Positions 12,604 through 24,010 of a stretch of 64,000 nucleotides of DNA are shown one piece after another. The stretch is from Balanoglossus misakiensis (Eukaryota > Animalia > Hemichordata), in contig CM082594.2 of NCBI GenBank assembly GCA_040954595.2, positions 5,255,319-5,319,318 on the forward strand. Reading direction: 5' to 3'. Under the pieces are notes generated by a model that was not told the origin of the DNA, did no database searches, and was given only the letters and a program-made list of their open reading frames with translations. Position 1 is the first letter of the stretch. Every line of letters begins with the position of its first letter. A program made the translations under genes and the position numbers.

Positions 12604-13427
12604 CCGCACACGCTCTGAATCTTGATAACGTCTGGTTGCACTGGACCTTGGATTACTATGACTTTCACAAGTCTATTAAAAAAATCTCGTTTATCGCCCC
12701 CCAAAGGTTGTATTTTACTCTTAAACCCCATTGTTGCCTTCAGCAATATTTCTCACATGTCCAACTGCAATTCTGAGAACAATTTCACCGCTTTTTCTCA
12801 AATCACCATTAATAAACACAACAGAGTCTATTAATTATAATTTTCTATCAGGTTTGGAAATTGTAATACAACTAACAATGTGCCTGTGCCATTTGCTTCT
12901 GGTGTGAATAAGCGGCCCTGACATGCTGCTTCTCAAATGAACAAATACTAGTTTTTTTTTTCAAAGTCAACACAGTGATTATATGAATAGATCGTTTGTT
13001 AGCCAGACACACACGTCTGCAAATACAAATTCATAGATCGGGTCCTTCGTCATTGTCCCCGAGGGTATTAATATCGGCGCACTATCTCTTGCACAAAAGT
13101 TACAGTAGCCTTGTCTTCTTTCATGCTTAGTATATTTGTGATTTTCACTTGAAACGACGCAGACTTTATCTCACTGACTCTATTGGTTTAACAGATACCA
13201 AGAAATTTACCCAAAATACAGTTAACCTATATGTTCGCTTGTATTCAAGCTTTATAGTGAAAATGATAATTACATTATGAAATCTGAAATTTGTGTTGCT
13301 GACAATTCATAGGGGTTTCTGGGTCTGAGAAGATCAACGTCTGACGATGTAACACACCATAGACCTCCTGGCACAAGCATGGAATGTACTGGAGAAACAC
13401 TAATTATAATTTCTGTTTATTTTTCAG

Positions 13428-13631
13428 TGTCAGCCGATGAAAAAGACAACAATAACGACGACCCAGAAGGCAAAAATGCTGCGCTGGCCCGAATTCTAGG
13501 CCAGTCAAAACCACACGGCGGTTACCCGGCGCCGATATCAACACCTCAACATTTCATTCCACCAACGCCATCAGCTCACGCACCTATGCCGGGGCCCATG
13601 TCACCCATGGGCATGGATCCTATGAGTGCAG
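13428..13631 (+). CDS. PAR-bZIP transcription factor, exon 4
   Basis: Acceptor TTTTTCAG| (alternative in-frame AG 6 nt downstream), donor GCA G|GTACTG, encodes SADEKDNNNDDPEGKNAALARILG...MDPMSA. Confidence 0.8.
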
Positions 13632-14050
13632 GTACTGGGCAATTATTGGAGATATTTGTTTTCTTTTTTAATCGTAGATATGGCTTGTTTACACTTTGGC
13701 TAATTTGCCTTGTTGCTGGATAGGTTGCAGCCAGAGATTACCATATATTTGGGACATAAACATACATAGGTTGATTCATTATTGTGATCTGATCCAATAT
13801 GGCTGCCATGCAGTCGGCCATTTTGAAATGATTTGCTCATATCAGTTTTCATTATACAAATATGTCTGGACCAATTTAAAGAAAAAAACTTGACAAAACG
13901 ACCAAGTACCCTAACATAAATGTTCATTGTGTTGTGATAACATTTGTGAAGGAGAAAATTTGCTAAAATTGGTCTTTGAAGTTCTGGTTTAAGAACCAAA
14001 GAAAGGATCGAACCGGAAACTATCAAGTCTCTTCTTTTTTTATTCCACAG

Positions 14051-14319
14051 CCTTTAGATCAAGAGCACCCTCAAAACGACGAAGCTCGAAGAAACCGGTG
14101 TCCGACGAAATGAAAGACGACAAATACTACGAACGCCGAAAGAAGAACAACATGGCAGCTAAGCGTTCGCGCGACGCCAGGAAAATGCGAGAGGAGGACA
14201 TTGCACGGCGAGCCTCGTACCTGGAAAAAGAGAACGCCCAGTTGCGAACACAACTTGAAACCCTGAAAGAGGAAGCCTACGCTCTGAGACAGCTGCTTGC
14301 ACAGAAAAGCAGTTCGTGA
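14051..14319 (+). CDS. PAR-bZIP family transcription factor (TEF/HLF/DBP/Giant/CES-2-like), terminal exon encoding bZIP domain
   Basis: Acceptor TTCCACAG|; [62 protein letters not shown] matches the PAR-family basic region ([23 protein letters not shown]...RAxxLEKEN) and leucine zipper; stop TGA 14317-14319. Exact orthology not resolvable by eye. Confidence 0.95.
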
Positions 14320-15485
14320 CATTTTGCAACCGGCATTTCAAACAGATTATAATGAAAAATACAGACTTCAGAGAAAGATATATATTTCCTAAGTTTAAAG
14401 CGCGGTTCTTCGAAAGGGGTCTTTTTTTTAATTATATGGCAAGACAAGTAATTCAAAGAAATTATATTATACTCATTCATACAGAGTAACACAAACGACA
14501 ATCTGCAGTTTAAGAGAGGACATCTTGTTTTTTGTTTCTTGCACTGCGAGGAACGCGGATATTGCCTTCTGTTAACTATTTTGGGTCTGGGTATACAAGC
14601 TAAGGAGAAAAGGCTGCTGGGATTCTCACAGAGGACGGAACCGAGAAGAAGGTGGATTTTTGTTTTGATTTTATGTTTTATCTATCTGGCCATGGATGTG
14701 ATTCTATCACACTTCTGTCTACCCATTCCTGCGAGATTGAAGATGGAGCTAGCTACTACACAGTCTCTCACTAGCATCAGATGTCTCAACTAACAGCGTA
14801 CCTACACACAACAGATTTCTCTGGTGTGAACTGGGATATGAAACAACACAGGATGTGGCTATAAATCTCAATCCCTCCCCCCATTTTTTATTTGCAATTG
14901 TTCAATGGTGACGCAATGCATAGTGAACAATAAAGGTCAACTCCAAACAGCACTTTAATGTGCCAGGGAAGTTTTAATTAGCACACAACACCAGACATAA
15001 ACAAAAAGCTTCCCATTGTTATGGCGGGTAACACCTTGCACTATAAAAATATCTATCATTTTGTGTATGTACTGGCAAACATACATACATATTCTAGACA
15101 AAATATATTTACGTATAGTGCAATTTCTGGTGATATTTTAACCACTTCTGATTTGACAATTTTTTGTTCAAATGTTTTCAACCGCCAAAAGTTGATCAGT
15201 TTTAGACGGTATAACAGCAACCCCACTTTGCTTCATGCACAGCCCACATTTTCTGACATATTTTAAACATGGATGCACTATTTTTTTTTTTAAAAGATTC
15301 TTTTCTTAACACATTTGTTTATCACATTTGCCTCTTGGGTTTGCCATCATTTGTGGCGCCTCCATATAATGAACTAGAGACAGGGTCTTGCATACAACAG
15401 ATGTCTTATTTAGTTCTATAAATTTGACAAATTTATTTTGAATGTTATGCCATTTGCATTCACGACTATATGGAGAGTATTTGGC

Positions 15486-15823
15486 TTAAGGGCAGATTTT
15501 AAGAATGACAGTCCTCCAAACTTTTCAATTTTTTTTGCTATATTTAATGTGTGGGGAGTCTTTTTGAAATCAAAGAAGAAAATCTGTTCACTGTCTTGCT
15601 TTCATAAAAATAACTAATTTAAATCATCTCCGTAGAATTCAACAGAGATTGGCAGCCATTTTGAATTAAATTTCACATTTGAGACAATTTTGCTCTCTCA
15701 CTCAGAATTGTGAATGATAACCCCTAATTTTTATTCTCAATTTAAAGAGAATACTGTATAATCTTGTTGCCTTGAGCAAAATACGAGAAAAGGTTACTTT
15801 TTCGAAGGCGCATGCTACCTTAT
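15486..15823. mobile_element. Degraded TTAA-flanked non-autonomous DNA element (Kolobok/piggyBac-type) in bZIP 3' UTR
   Basis: Begins TTAAGG and ends ...GGCGCATGCTACCTTAT; internal GGCAGCCATTTTGAATT motif; a related end fragment (TAGTATGCACCTCG) occurs near 41509. Family assignment from recollection of a common deuterostome repeat, unverified. Confidence 0.4.
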
Positions 15824-16505
15824 TGGTGGTAGTCACTAGTCAGAATCAGAATTACTCATGCCTTGTACAAATAAACCCACATTGATCTCGTTGATCTGTG
15901 CCATCTAACCCAAGTTACAGTTACCTCTCACGAACACTGTAGATACCATATTTTGCTACCAATTATCGACATGATCTCGTTCTATAAAATACTCGGTATA
16001 AAATGACTTTTTTTCCTGTTTATATCAAAAATATTTTGGATGCCTGTGTTCAATATTTTTCAGGGTAGAATTTCAGATATAGGACAGTGTTACTGAATAA
16101 TTCACTGTTTGTTGTTATAGATGATTGTGTCGAGTGTAGCCCTGATAACTGTAGTATGTCAATTTTACTGTAAACCTATAAAAATATTTTCGATCATGAA
16201 TATGATATACCAGCTACAATGATATATTCACCGAGTCACTTATCATTAATGTGGATGGTTTAATAAAATACACAAATGTCTTTTTTTTAATGATTTATAT
16301 AAAATGCAGCTGTATTGTAAATAACGCCATGCCCTCTCTTATGAAAATATGAGTCTAAATTTAGAATATTTCGTTCATGAATTTGCAAGAGTAAAATTTG
16401 AGTTTTGCTTGCATAATGTGATGACATTTGCACAGGTGGCTCTAATTAGAAAAAAAAAACTGTTTCAACCACCCCTGCTCAAGAAAAATAACGGCATGCG
16501 GTTTG

Positions 16506-16567
16506 ATGGCGGCCATCTTGGATTTGGATGGCTGATGATGGCGGCCATCTTGGATTTGGATGGCTGA
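16506..16567. repeat. Two-copy ~31-bp tandem repeat
   Basis: GATGGCGGCCATCTTGGATTTGGATGGCTGA repeated twice. Confidence 0.85.
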
Positions 16568-16987
16568 ATATGTTTTGTTTGAAAAAAAACAGTTCCACAT
16601 TCTCTTGAGCTTTGTTGGTAGGAAAGCAAGACTCTCAGATCACCCAAACCATTGTCAATGAAATTGCCGATATCTATAACCACCGATTTCTCTTGGCTTG
16701 CTGTTCATTTTACTCACCAGACATGCAAAACGTTTCATGAATTTACTATTAAAATTGATTTTCACATACACCATGTGAAGACCTAAATAGAAAACTAACA
16801 TTTGATATTTAACCCCAAATCTACTACCCTTGTACGTGTATCACAACATTATCCTCATTAAAATCATTGTAATATACTGAAGTGTTAGGCTGGGAATTGC
16901 TAGTGTAAATTTTTATTATCCTACAATGCAGTAGAACATGTTCGTTTATCAACCCATGTTGTGTTTTAGACAATTATGTTATCTATG

Positions 16988-17040
16988 AATAAACCTTTAA
17001 CTTCTCATCAAATATTTCTGCGTTTACGTGTTGTTTGTCA
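16988..17040 (+). terminator. Probable polyadenylation signal of PAR-bZIP gene
   Basis: AATAAA at 16988-16993 followed by GT/T-rich downstream element (TTCTGCGTTTACGTGTTGTTTGTC); other AATAAA at 14929 and 16262. Confidence 0.5.
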
Positions 17041-17329
17041 CAGTAATTACGGCTGGTTTCAGCCAGCCTGGACCGTAGCCTTTATGTTGGGTTTACTTTT
17101 CCGTACGACACACACACGTTTTGCAAATCACATCCCAGATAAAAAGAACAAATTCAGCAATTCGTTCGTGCTGAGAGACCACACACCAGAGGTACCCAAT
17201 TTCTTGAAAAGAGAGATTGATTTCAGTATGTGTAGTTACAGTAAAACCTGTCTAAACTGAACCCTGTCAAATCTGGAAACCAGTCTCTACTGAGAACATT
17301 CTCACAATCGGAGGAATTGGAGTTGAAGA

Positions 17330-17600
17330 CCCAGACATGGCCGTGATGTTTGTGCCCCAGAGCAAGGCACTTTACGTCTCCTTGCTTCTCCCTTACCTAG
17401 ACTCTCTCACAGCCCATCGGTTCGCTCAAGGCTCTTCACTGACGCGCCCTCAACCGTTTAGCAAAGGAGAAGCCCCATATGGTGTTGTGTAGCGAACCTC
17501 TCGCCAGGCACACATATAATCAGACTATAAGCCTGCATGGACGGCTAGAGGGGCTGTGAGAGAGTCTACTCCATTACCCAGAAGCAGTAGGTATCTCACC
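17330..17600 (+). mobile_element. SINE-like fragment interrupted by a MITE
   Basis: TGTGCCCCAGAGCAAGGCACTTTAC...CTCCCTTACC resembles the conserved central domain of tRNA-derived SINEs of aquatic animals (GTGTCCTTGAGCAAGGCACTT...CTCCACCCAG); continues as CAGAAGCAGTAGGTA after the MITE. Confidence 0.45.
17398..17568. mobile_element. MITE with 18-bp TIRs (TAG...CTA) and ~10-bp target site duplication
   Basis: TAGACTCTCTCACAGCCC at left, GGGCTGTGAGAGAGTCTA at right (perfect reverse complement); flanks CTCCCTTACC (17388-17397) / CTCCATTACC (17569-17578). Confidence 0.85.
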
Positions 17601-19279
17601 CTGTTATTGGGACATTGCCCATTGGACCATGGATAAAATAAAATAAAACAAAAATAAAATAACTTCCGATAATTTCTTATCAAGTTAACACTTTTAAGTT
17701 TAATGAGTATCTACACAAAACGGGATAGATAATAAAACAAAACTTGAAATTTAAGCCTACTTGGATCGCAAAGAAACACAACTTTGGTAGGTTGTACAAT
17801 TAACGATAGAGAACTTTATACAAACTTGAAAATCAGCAAGCCCAGTATTTGCTTGAAAACAGCCAAAAAATGGCAACTATACGCATTATTATATGTTCTT
17901 GTGAAAACTTGAGTTACTTCACATCATTCAACACAGCAGCTATACGAAGTCTGCTCATTCATAATCTCACTGAGGCTGACATGAAAACAATGCTGTCTTT
18001 CATGCAAGGAACGGAAAAAACCCACCACCACAAATCAATCTGTTTCTGTCAGCATGACCAAATAGAACACTAGCTCCTCAGGCCAACACGCACAAACGCG
18101 TTCCGAAAGAAAAACACTCCATTCCAAAATCTTTTCACTGAACATGTCCTCCTTACAATCTGGATGCACTATCAAGGTGCATGCTGCTCATACATCGAAG
18201 AAAAAAGATTCACATTCTAAAGCACACTACTGTACATCAAATGATGCAGCTCATAATGACCACTGTGAAAAGCAGCGGTTATGAAAACGTCAACCTGAGG
18301 ATTTCCAGGGAAATACTAGGGTGTGCTCTGAATTGTGAGACACAAAATAGGACTTTACAACTGACCTTTCTTCGTTCAACGTAAGTCACTGAAGTAAAGT
18401 TCACTGTAATTGAGAGTGGAAGGAGTAGTGATGTAGTACGACACAATAGTTGATAGTTACGACTGCAGTTACAAATTTTACAACGCCTAATATTAACTAC
18501 TATACATGCATGGATGTGCATGTCAACATGAGTTATTTTTGATGATTTTTTTTACATCATGTTTGGTATGCTCTACAAGCATATGATACTGTTTGCTTTT
18601 GTCCATAAAAAAAACACGCATGCGCTCAGAACTGTGTAGTTAATATTGCTATGTCAAGAGTCCCCTCTTACAGGGATACGAGTATGTGCTCTTGTTGGCT
18701 GCATACGACTGCCGGTACATCCCATGAAGGTCAAGGTCTGTTGTGTATGTGTCGATGTATATTTCACTGCAGCCATACAAGGGCAACTATGATCAAGTGT
18801 TGAAAATGAGACGCACCAGAGAGAATCACTATAAAGTCTCAGGATGTATCTAGAACATTCTAATCAACGTCTAATAACTAGTTAAGTGGGTTACTCTGTG
18901 GTGCATATAACATGACCTGCTGTCTATGTGGACACAGCAGTGACCATAGTGGTCAAAGGAGGGACCATTCTCAAATTAAACAGCCAGGCCTTGTCTCCAC
19001 CCTGGCCACCAACACAATGGGGGCGTATGGATCACATATGGTAAAATAGTAGTCAGAAGGCATACACGTAAAGCTCGCCATATATAAAATGAAAAAAAAA
19101 AATAATCACCCTACTCAAGGTCTCTATTTACAACTTAAAAAAATACGCTTAAAAAAAGAAAGCTTGAAAATCAATGCAACATTCTCACATTCTCTTTCTA
19201 CTATCACACAGCAACCTGTAAGACTATTTGAAAGAAAACTTGAAAACCAATTTTTCCAAATTCTCTCTCTCTCCAGCTA

Positions 19280-19453
19280 CAGTCAAACCCTGTTAGTGGC
19301 CACTCTATATAGTGGTCACCTCTATATAGTGGCCACTTTGTTACAGTGCCTGTGCAATTCACATGTGTATTAATTAACCTTATACAGGCCACCTGTCTAT
19401 AGTGGCCAGTTTAGGAGAGTCCCCTGACTGGCCACTATAGACAGGTCCGACTG
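19280..19453. mobile_element. Tc1/mariner(pogo)-type MITE in STRAD 3' UTR
   Basis: TA|CAGTC...GACTG|TA termini, subterminal repeats of CTATAGTGGCCA; a similar left end (TACAGTAAAACCTGTC) at about 17237. Confidence 0.8.
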
Positions 19454-19568
19454 TATTGTGATACTGTAACCTGTAAGACTGGAACTGGATTTTACAATGG
19501 GCCTGCCACTATAATAGGTTTTGTTGAAGTTAATCATAGCTTCTGTGGTTGCTGCAAGCAATCCTGTT

Positions 19569-19633
19569 TCAGAATTCCCATTTGTCTTTCAAGCTGAGTT
19601 GTGCCATGTCACTGCCATCCTCTAAAGAGCGGT
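19569..19633 (-). CDS. STRAD: STE20-related kinase adaptor (STRAD) pseudokinase, last coding exon
   Basis: Encodes DRSLEDGSDMAQLSLKDKWEF-stop; C-terminal WEF is the hallmark MO25-binding motif of STRAD. Confidence 0.93.
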
Positions 19634-19637
19634 CTGC

Positions 19638-19668
<31 letters not shown>

Positions 19669-19902
19669 AAAATGTACAGTCAATTGGAGCTTCATATTTC
19701 ATGTACAAGAAATGAAGTGACTAAAATTAAAATTTGATTTACATTTTTTCAAACCTATTCTGTTTTAAGACTTCATCATAGGTATCATACCCATGCTGAA
19801 TTGAAGCAGATGTGCATTGTGATTGGCTTTTGTCTGTACACCAGCAGATACACAACAGCCTGTCACCGATCTAAATCGTGCATAATGGCACTTCCCTCTC
19901 AC

Positions 19903-20033
19903 CTTTGACCCTCGGTAAATTGGAAGCATCTGTCAGCGGGGCAACTGGATGCAGCAGCTGGACTAAGTTTTCATTTGGACGTTTCTTTACTTGCTTGAAA
20001 AACGGGTGGCTGAGTAGGATACCCGCGCACGGT
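19903..20033 (-). CDS. STRAD: STRAD coding exon 10
   Basis: RPCAGILLSHPFFKQVKKRPNENLVQLLHPVAPLT, matches STRADA RPSASTLLNHSFFKQIKRR; AG/GT boundaries in phase. Confidence 0.93.
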
Positions 20034-20287
20034 CTATCAAGTGAAAGAAAAAAGTAATGGAATTTAGTGAAAATGCACAAAAATTGTTGCAGCATACTGG
20101 TATCTATATATACAAGACTGATCAATACAGCAGGACATTGCACACAATAAAGTCAAACTGATTTTTTACACAGGGCAAAACATATCTGATCTCAGGTTCT
20201 TTTGTCAAATGGTACACCACTATGTATACATAGCAGTTCCTAATTTACTGCAGAATGACAATCCACTTCTCCCAACAGCTAACTCAC

Positions 20288-20526
20288 CTCTTGGTCGGAT
20301 CGCTCTTCAAACACACCTCCACAAAATCGTGGAAACTCTGGGAGAATGTTCGGTTGAAGGGACTGTTCGGGTCGCTGTTCTTATACACACTGGAGGCGGC
20401 CACGCTGCTACCTATGCCACTGTCAGTCGCGTCCGATTCCGGTTTGAAGAGCGGTTCTTCGACCAGGCAAGCCGTGGTGCTGTCTAGGAGTCTGGGAGTT
20501 GTGCCGTTGAATTTCTCCAGTAACAT
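20288..20526 (-). CDS. STRAD: STRAD coding exon 9
   Basis: MLLEKFNGTTPRLLDST...DSGIGSS...RTFSQSFHDFVEVCL, matches STRADA/B. Confidence 0.95.
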
Positions 20527-20737
20527 CTGCAATGGAATGAAATCACAATCAGTGGTAAAAATCATTTCAGGTTGAGATACAGATATTGGTTAATTATTAG
20601 ATAAGTCTATGTCTGGAAACCAATATTTTATTTACTGTGCTAGTGTCTTATTAGCAGCTTTAAGTTTCACTGACACCAGTAGACATCTTGTATTTGTAAT
20701 ATCTTGCACAAGTCTGCACTGGCTTGCCAATAACAAA

Positions 20738-20832
20738 ACAGCACACAGACTGCACTCACCTATATAGGTGTCATGTTGAAGAAAGCTACACAGCTATTGG
20801 TCAATTCACAAGCAATAAGGCCAATGTCTGTA
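20738..20832 (-). pseudogene. Degenerate tandem duplicate of the 3' part of STRAD exon 8 with its donor (pseudo-exon)
   Basis: Aligns with 20851-20946; translates [21 protein letters not shown]-stop versus [22 protein letters not shown]; keeps |GTGAGT donor. Confidence 0.8.
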
Positions 20833-20874
20833 CTGATTACCCAATCGAAAAACAGCACGCAGAAGTGCACTCAC

Positions 20875-20979
20875 CTTTGTTGGAGTCATGTCAGAGAAAG
20901 GTACGCAGCCATTGGCCAATTCACAAGCAGTTATACCAACACTGTAGATGTCTGACATACTATCATAGCCTAATACATT
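20875..20979 (-). CDS. STRAD: STRAD coding exon 8
   Basis: [35 protein letters not shown], matches [34 protein letters not shown]. Confidence 0.95.
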
Positions 20980-21371
20980 CTGTAAATAAAAAGAAATAAA
21001 AACATGTCAGTGAAAAATTCATTAACGTCAAAGACGCATGACACTGCCCCTGCTGAGAATTATCAGCCCAGTGATTGGATGTCAATATTAGACCACAGTG
21101 ATTACGATGATACATGTATGAATAATTTTAGGCAAAACATACTTCCTTGAAAGGAACATTGTTCAGTAATGTCTCAGAAATGCTTCTAGAAATGCAGGTC
21201 AGCCCCAAAAGACACAGGTACGTGACAGATATGTATTTGTACCGGCAGTATACCAACTATCACTACTGCGCTTTAGCAAGTCTGAATATTCATCCTAGGA
21301 CATAAATGGCTACAGAGACTTGTCGAAATCTGTGGGAAACTTAAGTAAAAGAATACGTTCGATCAACTTAC

Positions 21372-21543
21372 TTGTTCTAGTACTTCCGGAGCCAGCCATG
21401 GAAGGGATTTGATAGCATTTCTGGGGAAGTCGTGTACAGCTTTGAGTTTCTTGCCGTCTTCCACCATAGATATAGCACTACGGAGTCCGGACAGATAACT
21501 CCGACCGTCGCCAGACAGAAGTATGTGACCAGCTCGGACACTT
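21372..21543 (-). CDS. STRAD: STRAD coding exon 7
   Basis: SVRAGHILLSGDGRSYLSGLRS...LPWLAPEVLEQ; pseudokinase HRS (no catalytic Asp) and GLR (replacing DFG) motifs. Confidence 0.96.
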
Positions 21544-21684
21544 CTGCAATGTTGGGGAAAACACTCGAGAACATTGGCATGGTGTATAAATACAACAGAA
21601 TAAAATGGCAAGAAAGTGCATACATGCAACATATTCCGGCATTGGAGTATTCTGTACAAGTAGACAGACGCTGCAATGTTTTAC

Positions 21685-21814
21685 CTGTGTATGTATCCCA
21701 TCTTGTGGATGTAATCCAATGCTGTCACTACATCGCGGAGAATAAAAGCAATAGCCAACTCGCTCAGCCCATAGCCAAAGTGATCCTCCAAGGATATGAT
21801 ATCCTTAGTAGAAC
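21685..21814 (-). CDS. STRAD: STRAD coding exon 6
   Basis: [44 protein letters not shown]; canonical splice sites. Confidence 0.95.
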
Positions 21815-21929
21815 CTGGAATACAAAAAAGTAGCGTTAACAGTCACGGAATTTCGCGACACTGCCTAACCCTAACCTGGACCTAACTGCTAACCCCAACC
21901 ATCAACAGGAGACCGTAACCAGGACTTAC

Positions 21930-22038
21930 CATAGGCCATGAGTGGCATCACTACCCAGAGTTCATTGCAGTGTACGAATGCACAGTGGAAGGAGGAAATA
22001 TTCTCATGTTTCAGTATTCTCAGAAGTTGAAACTCGCG
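21930..22038 (-). CDS. STRAD: STRAD coding exon 5
   Basis: REFQLLRILKHENISSFHCAFVHCNELWVVMPLMAY; canonical splice sites. Confidence 0.93.
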
Positions 22039-22242
22039 CTGTTGGGAAGAAAAAGAAATTATTTTAAAATGAGTTGAAAACAGAATTGAGTCCTGTTAGC
22101 ATTTATCTATCTAAATCATTGTAACATAAAATTCAAATGTTACCATAGTATATCTCGCAAAGCAACACTTGTAGGGCTAGATTTATCACTGCTTTGTATC
22201 TGAATTTTATAAAACGGGGGATGAAAAAGTATGGTTTAATAC

Positions 22243-22364
22243 CTGAAGTATTTCTAATTCATCAGTAAGACAATCTAGGTTGCAGGTTCTAATGGCTACA
22301 TTAGAATTGGAAGGGATGTGTCTCCCTAAGTATATAGTGGCTGATACATCTTCACTACCTTTAC
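22243..22364 (-). CDS. STRAD: STRAD coding exon 4
   Basis: GKGSEDVSATIYLGRHIPSNSNVAIRTCNLDCLTDELEILQ; kinase subdomains I-III, lacking the VAIK lysine. Confidence 0.92.
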
Positions 22365-22671
22365 CTGAAAACAGAATGGATAAATATTAATACACACTTC
22401 ATGGCATCATTGGTGTCAGTGTTCTAGTATTCGTTAGCACCAATTAATTTGAGGAAAACAATTCTCAGTCATTATCATGACAATTGAATGCATCAGTAAA
22501 TCCGAGGGAAAAATCTGGGTGTGCCATCTTGCCTGTGAGGGCAGACTTCAACAGTGGTCCACTCCACCACAAGGTGGCGCTCTGTACTGTCAGGCAAGTG
22601 TCGTGAACGCCTCTACATGTTGTACTACAAACTGCCCGATACAAGGCATGCCAAGAGTCTGAAAGTCTCAC

Positions 22672-22762
22672 CTATAACGGCTAAGAGCTGGAAGTGGGCT
22701 GGCACTGGTAGGAAGTCAATCATGTTGACAAGGGATACGCATTCAAAGGAAATATCACTAGC
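22672..22762 (-). CDS. STRAD: STRAD coding exon 3
   Basis: ASDISFECVSLVNMIDFLPVPAHFQLLAVI; phase-consistent AG/GT. Confidence 0.85.
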
Positions 22763-23113
22763 CTGTGAATCAAGAACAATGCATACACCATCACTAAAGA
22801 TGATCTCTCGTTTCGTTTTATTACACGAAGACTCCTGTGTTGTATGGTGACTGTGCTTATTAAAGTTTGGCGTTGCATGATTTCATTTATGGAAGAAAAT
22901 TACTGAGCTTTAGCAGCTGAAATTGTTTTACACGTACTTTCACTCAAGCACTTTGAAGTTATTTTTTCCTAAGTTTCCATAATGTTTAAAAACCATTTGG
23001 ATTACCATATGTATTCCATTGTTGAAGAGATATGCTCACTTCAACAAGCAACATACCAAGGTTAAACCAATCCTACAGAACTATAGGGTACTGTATCTCA
23101 GTGCAAGACTTAC

Positions 23114-23194
23114 CAATGCAGTAGAAGAACTTTGGTGGTTGGTATCATCACAGACTCCAATCCCTACTTTAGATTTTGCTATACAAGAACACGG
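23114..23194 (-). CDS. STRAD: STRAD coding exon 2
   Basis: PCSCIAKSKVGIGVCDDTNHQSSSTAL, phase 0-0; CxC resembles STRADB N-terminal DCFC. Confidence 0.75.
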
Positions 23195-23423
23195 CTAGCG
23201 CACATGAAACAAGAAGACAAAAAATGTACCATTAATTTCAAGTCAGAATATCATATACACAGGCTGGTAATGTTAATCCAATCAGAAGTTTAGGGAATAC
23301 CGGGATCAGACATTCTTTGACCAAATTCCTAGCCGAATTCCCCCCCCCCCCCAAAAAAAAAAAAATAATATGTATGACAACTTCAACAATCTTGCTATAT
23401 TATAAATGGAGATTTATACTTAC

Positions 23424-23435
23424 AAAGAATGACAT
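23424..23435 (-). CDS. STRAD: STRAD start micro-CDS (MSFF) at end of exon 23424-23509
   Basis: ATGTCATTCTTT|GTAAGT; STRADA starts MSFL; total spliced CDS 1257 nt = 418 aa + stop. Confidence 0.8.
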
Positions 23436-23938
23436 GGAACCCTCCTGTGTCCCATGCAGTGGTTCACAGATTAATTCCAATTGCCAACGGCGTTCAGAAC
23501 CAAATATACCTGGGGAAAGGAGAAGTCAAAATGAAGACTGAGTTCCAATTGGACCATGCACACACGAACTTGGAAGCATACACACCCCTTGCGAAGTTGC
23601 AAAGCACCGTGTGAATAACGCGTAAAAATGTAACCGCACAAGGCAAGTATCAAACTAGTAGAAGGAATATTACTCTACTCTAAACGTTTGTCCGGGTTCA
23701 TCTTGTTTGATTGGAGTTGATATTGGTTGGATCATGGAGGTACCTGAATGGTTGGATACATGCACCTGGCCTTGTTTACAAATTGCACGCAGCCACTGTA
23801 CAAGTAACCTACGTAAACACATTCGTAAAATACGGTTGCACTAAAGCAAAACACTACAGAAATACATATTTTCTTAGACAGATTTAAATATTGACCTTCA
23901 AACCCGAACTTTTGCCCTTTCAACCAAGAAATACTCAC

Positions 23939-24010
23939 ATATTGGTTGGTTTTGAATCAAGTACTTCGTGGATGGTGGTATCAAGAAATCTCATCCGCCA
24001 TGATTACTTA
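23939..24010 (-). other. STRAD: Probable non-coding first exon of STRAD
   Basis: Donor AT|GTGAGT at 23939/23938; contains ATGGCG and short uORFs; 5' boundary uncertain. Confidence 0.55.

Noticed and set aside
14320-17000. Scattered miRNA seed matches in bZIP and Dlx 3' UTRs (e.g. GTGCAAT, CAGTGTTA)
   Set aside because: Expected by chance in kilobase UTRs without conservation data.
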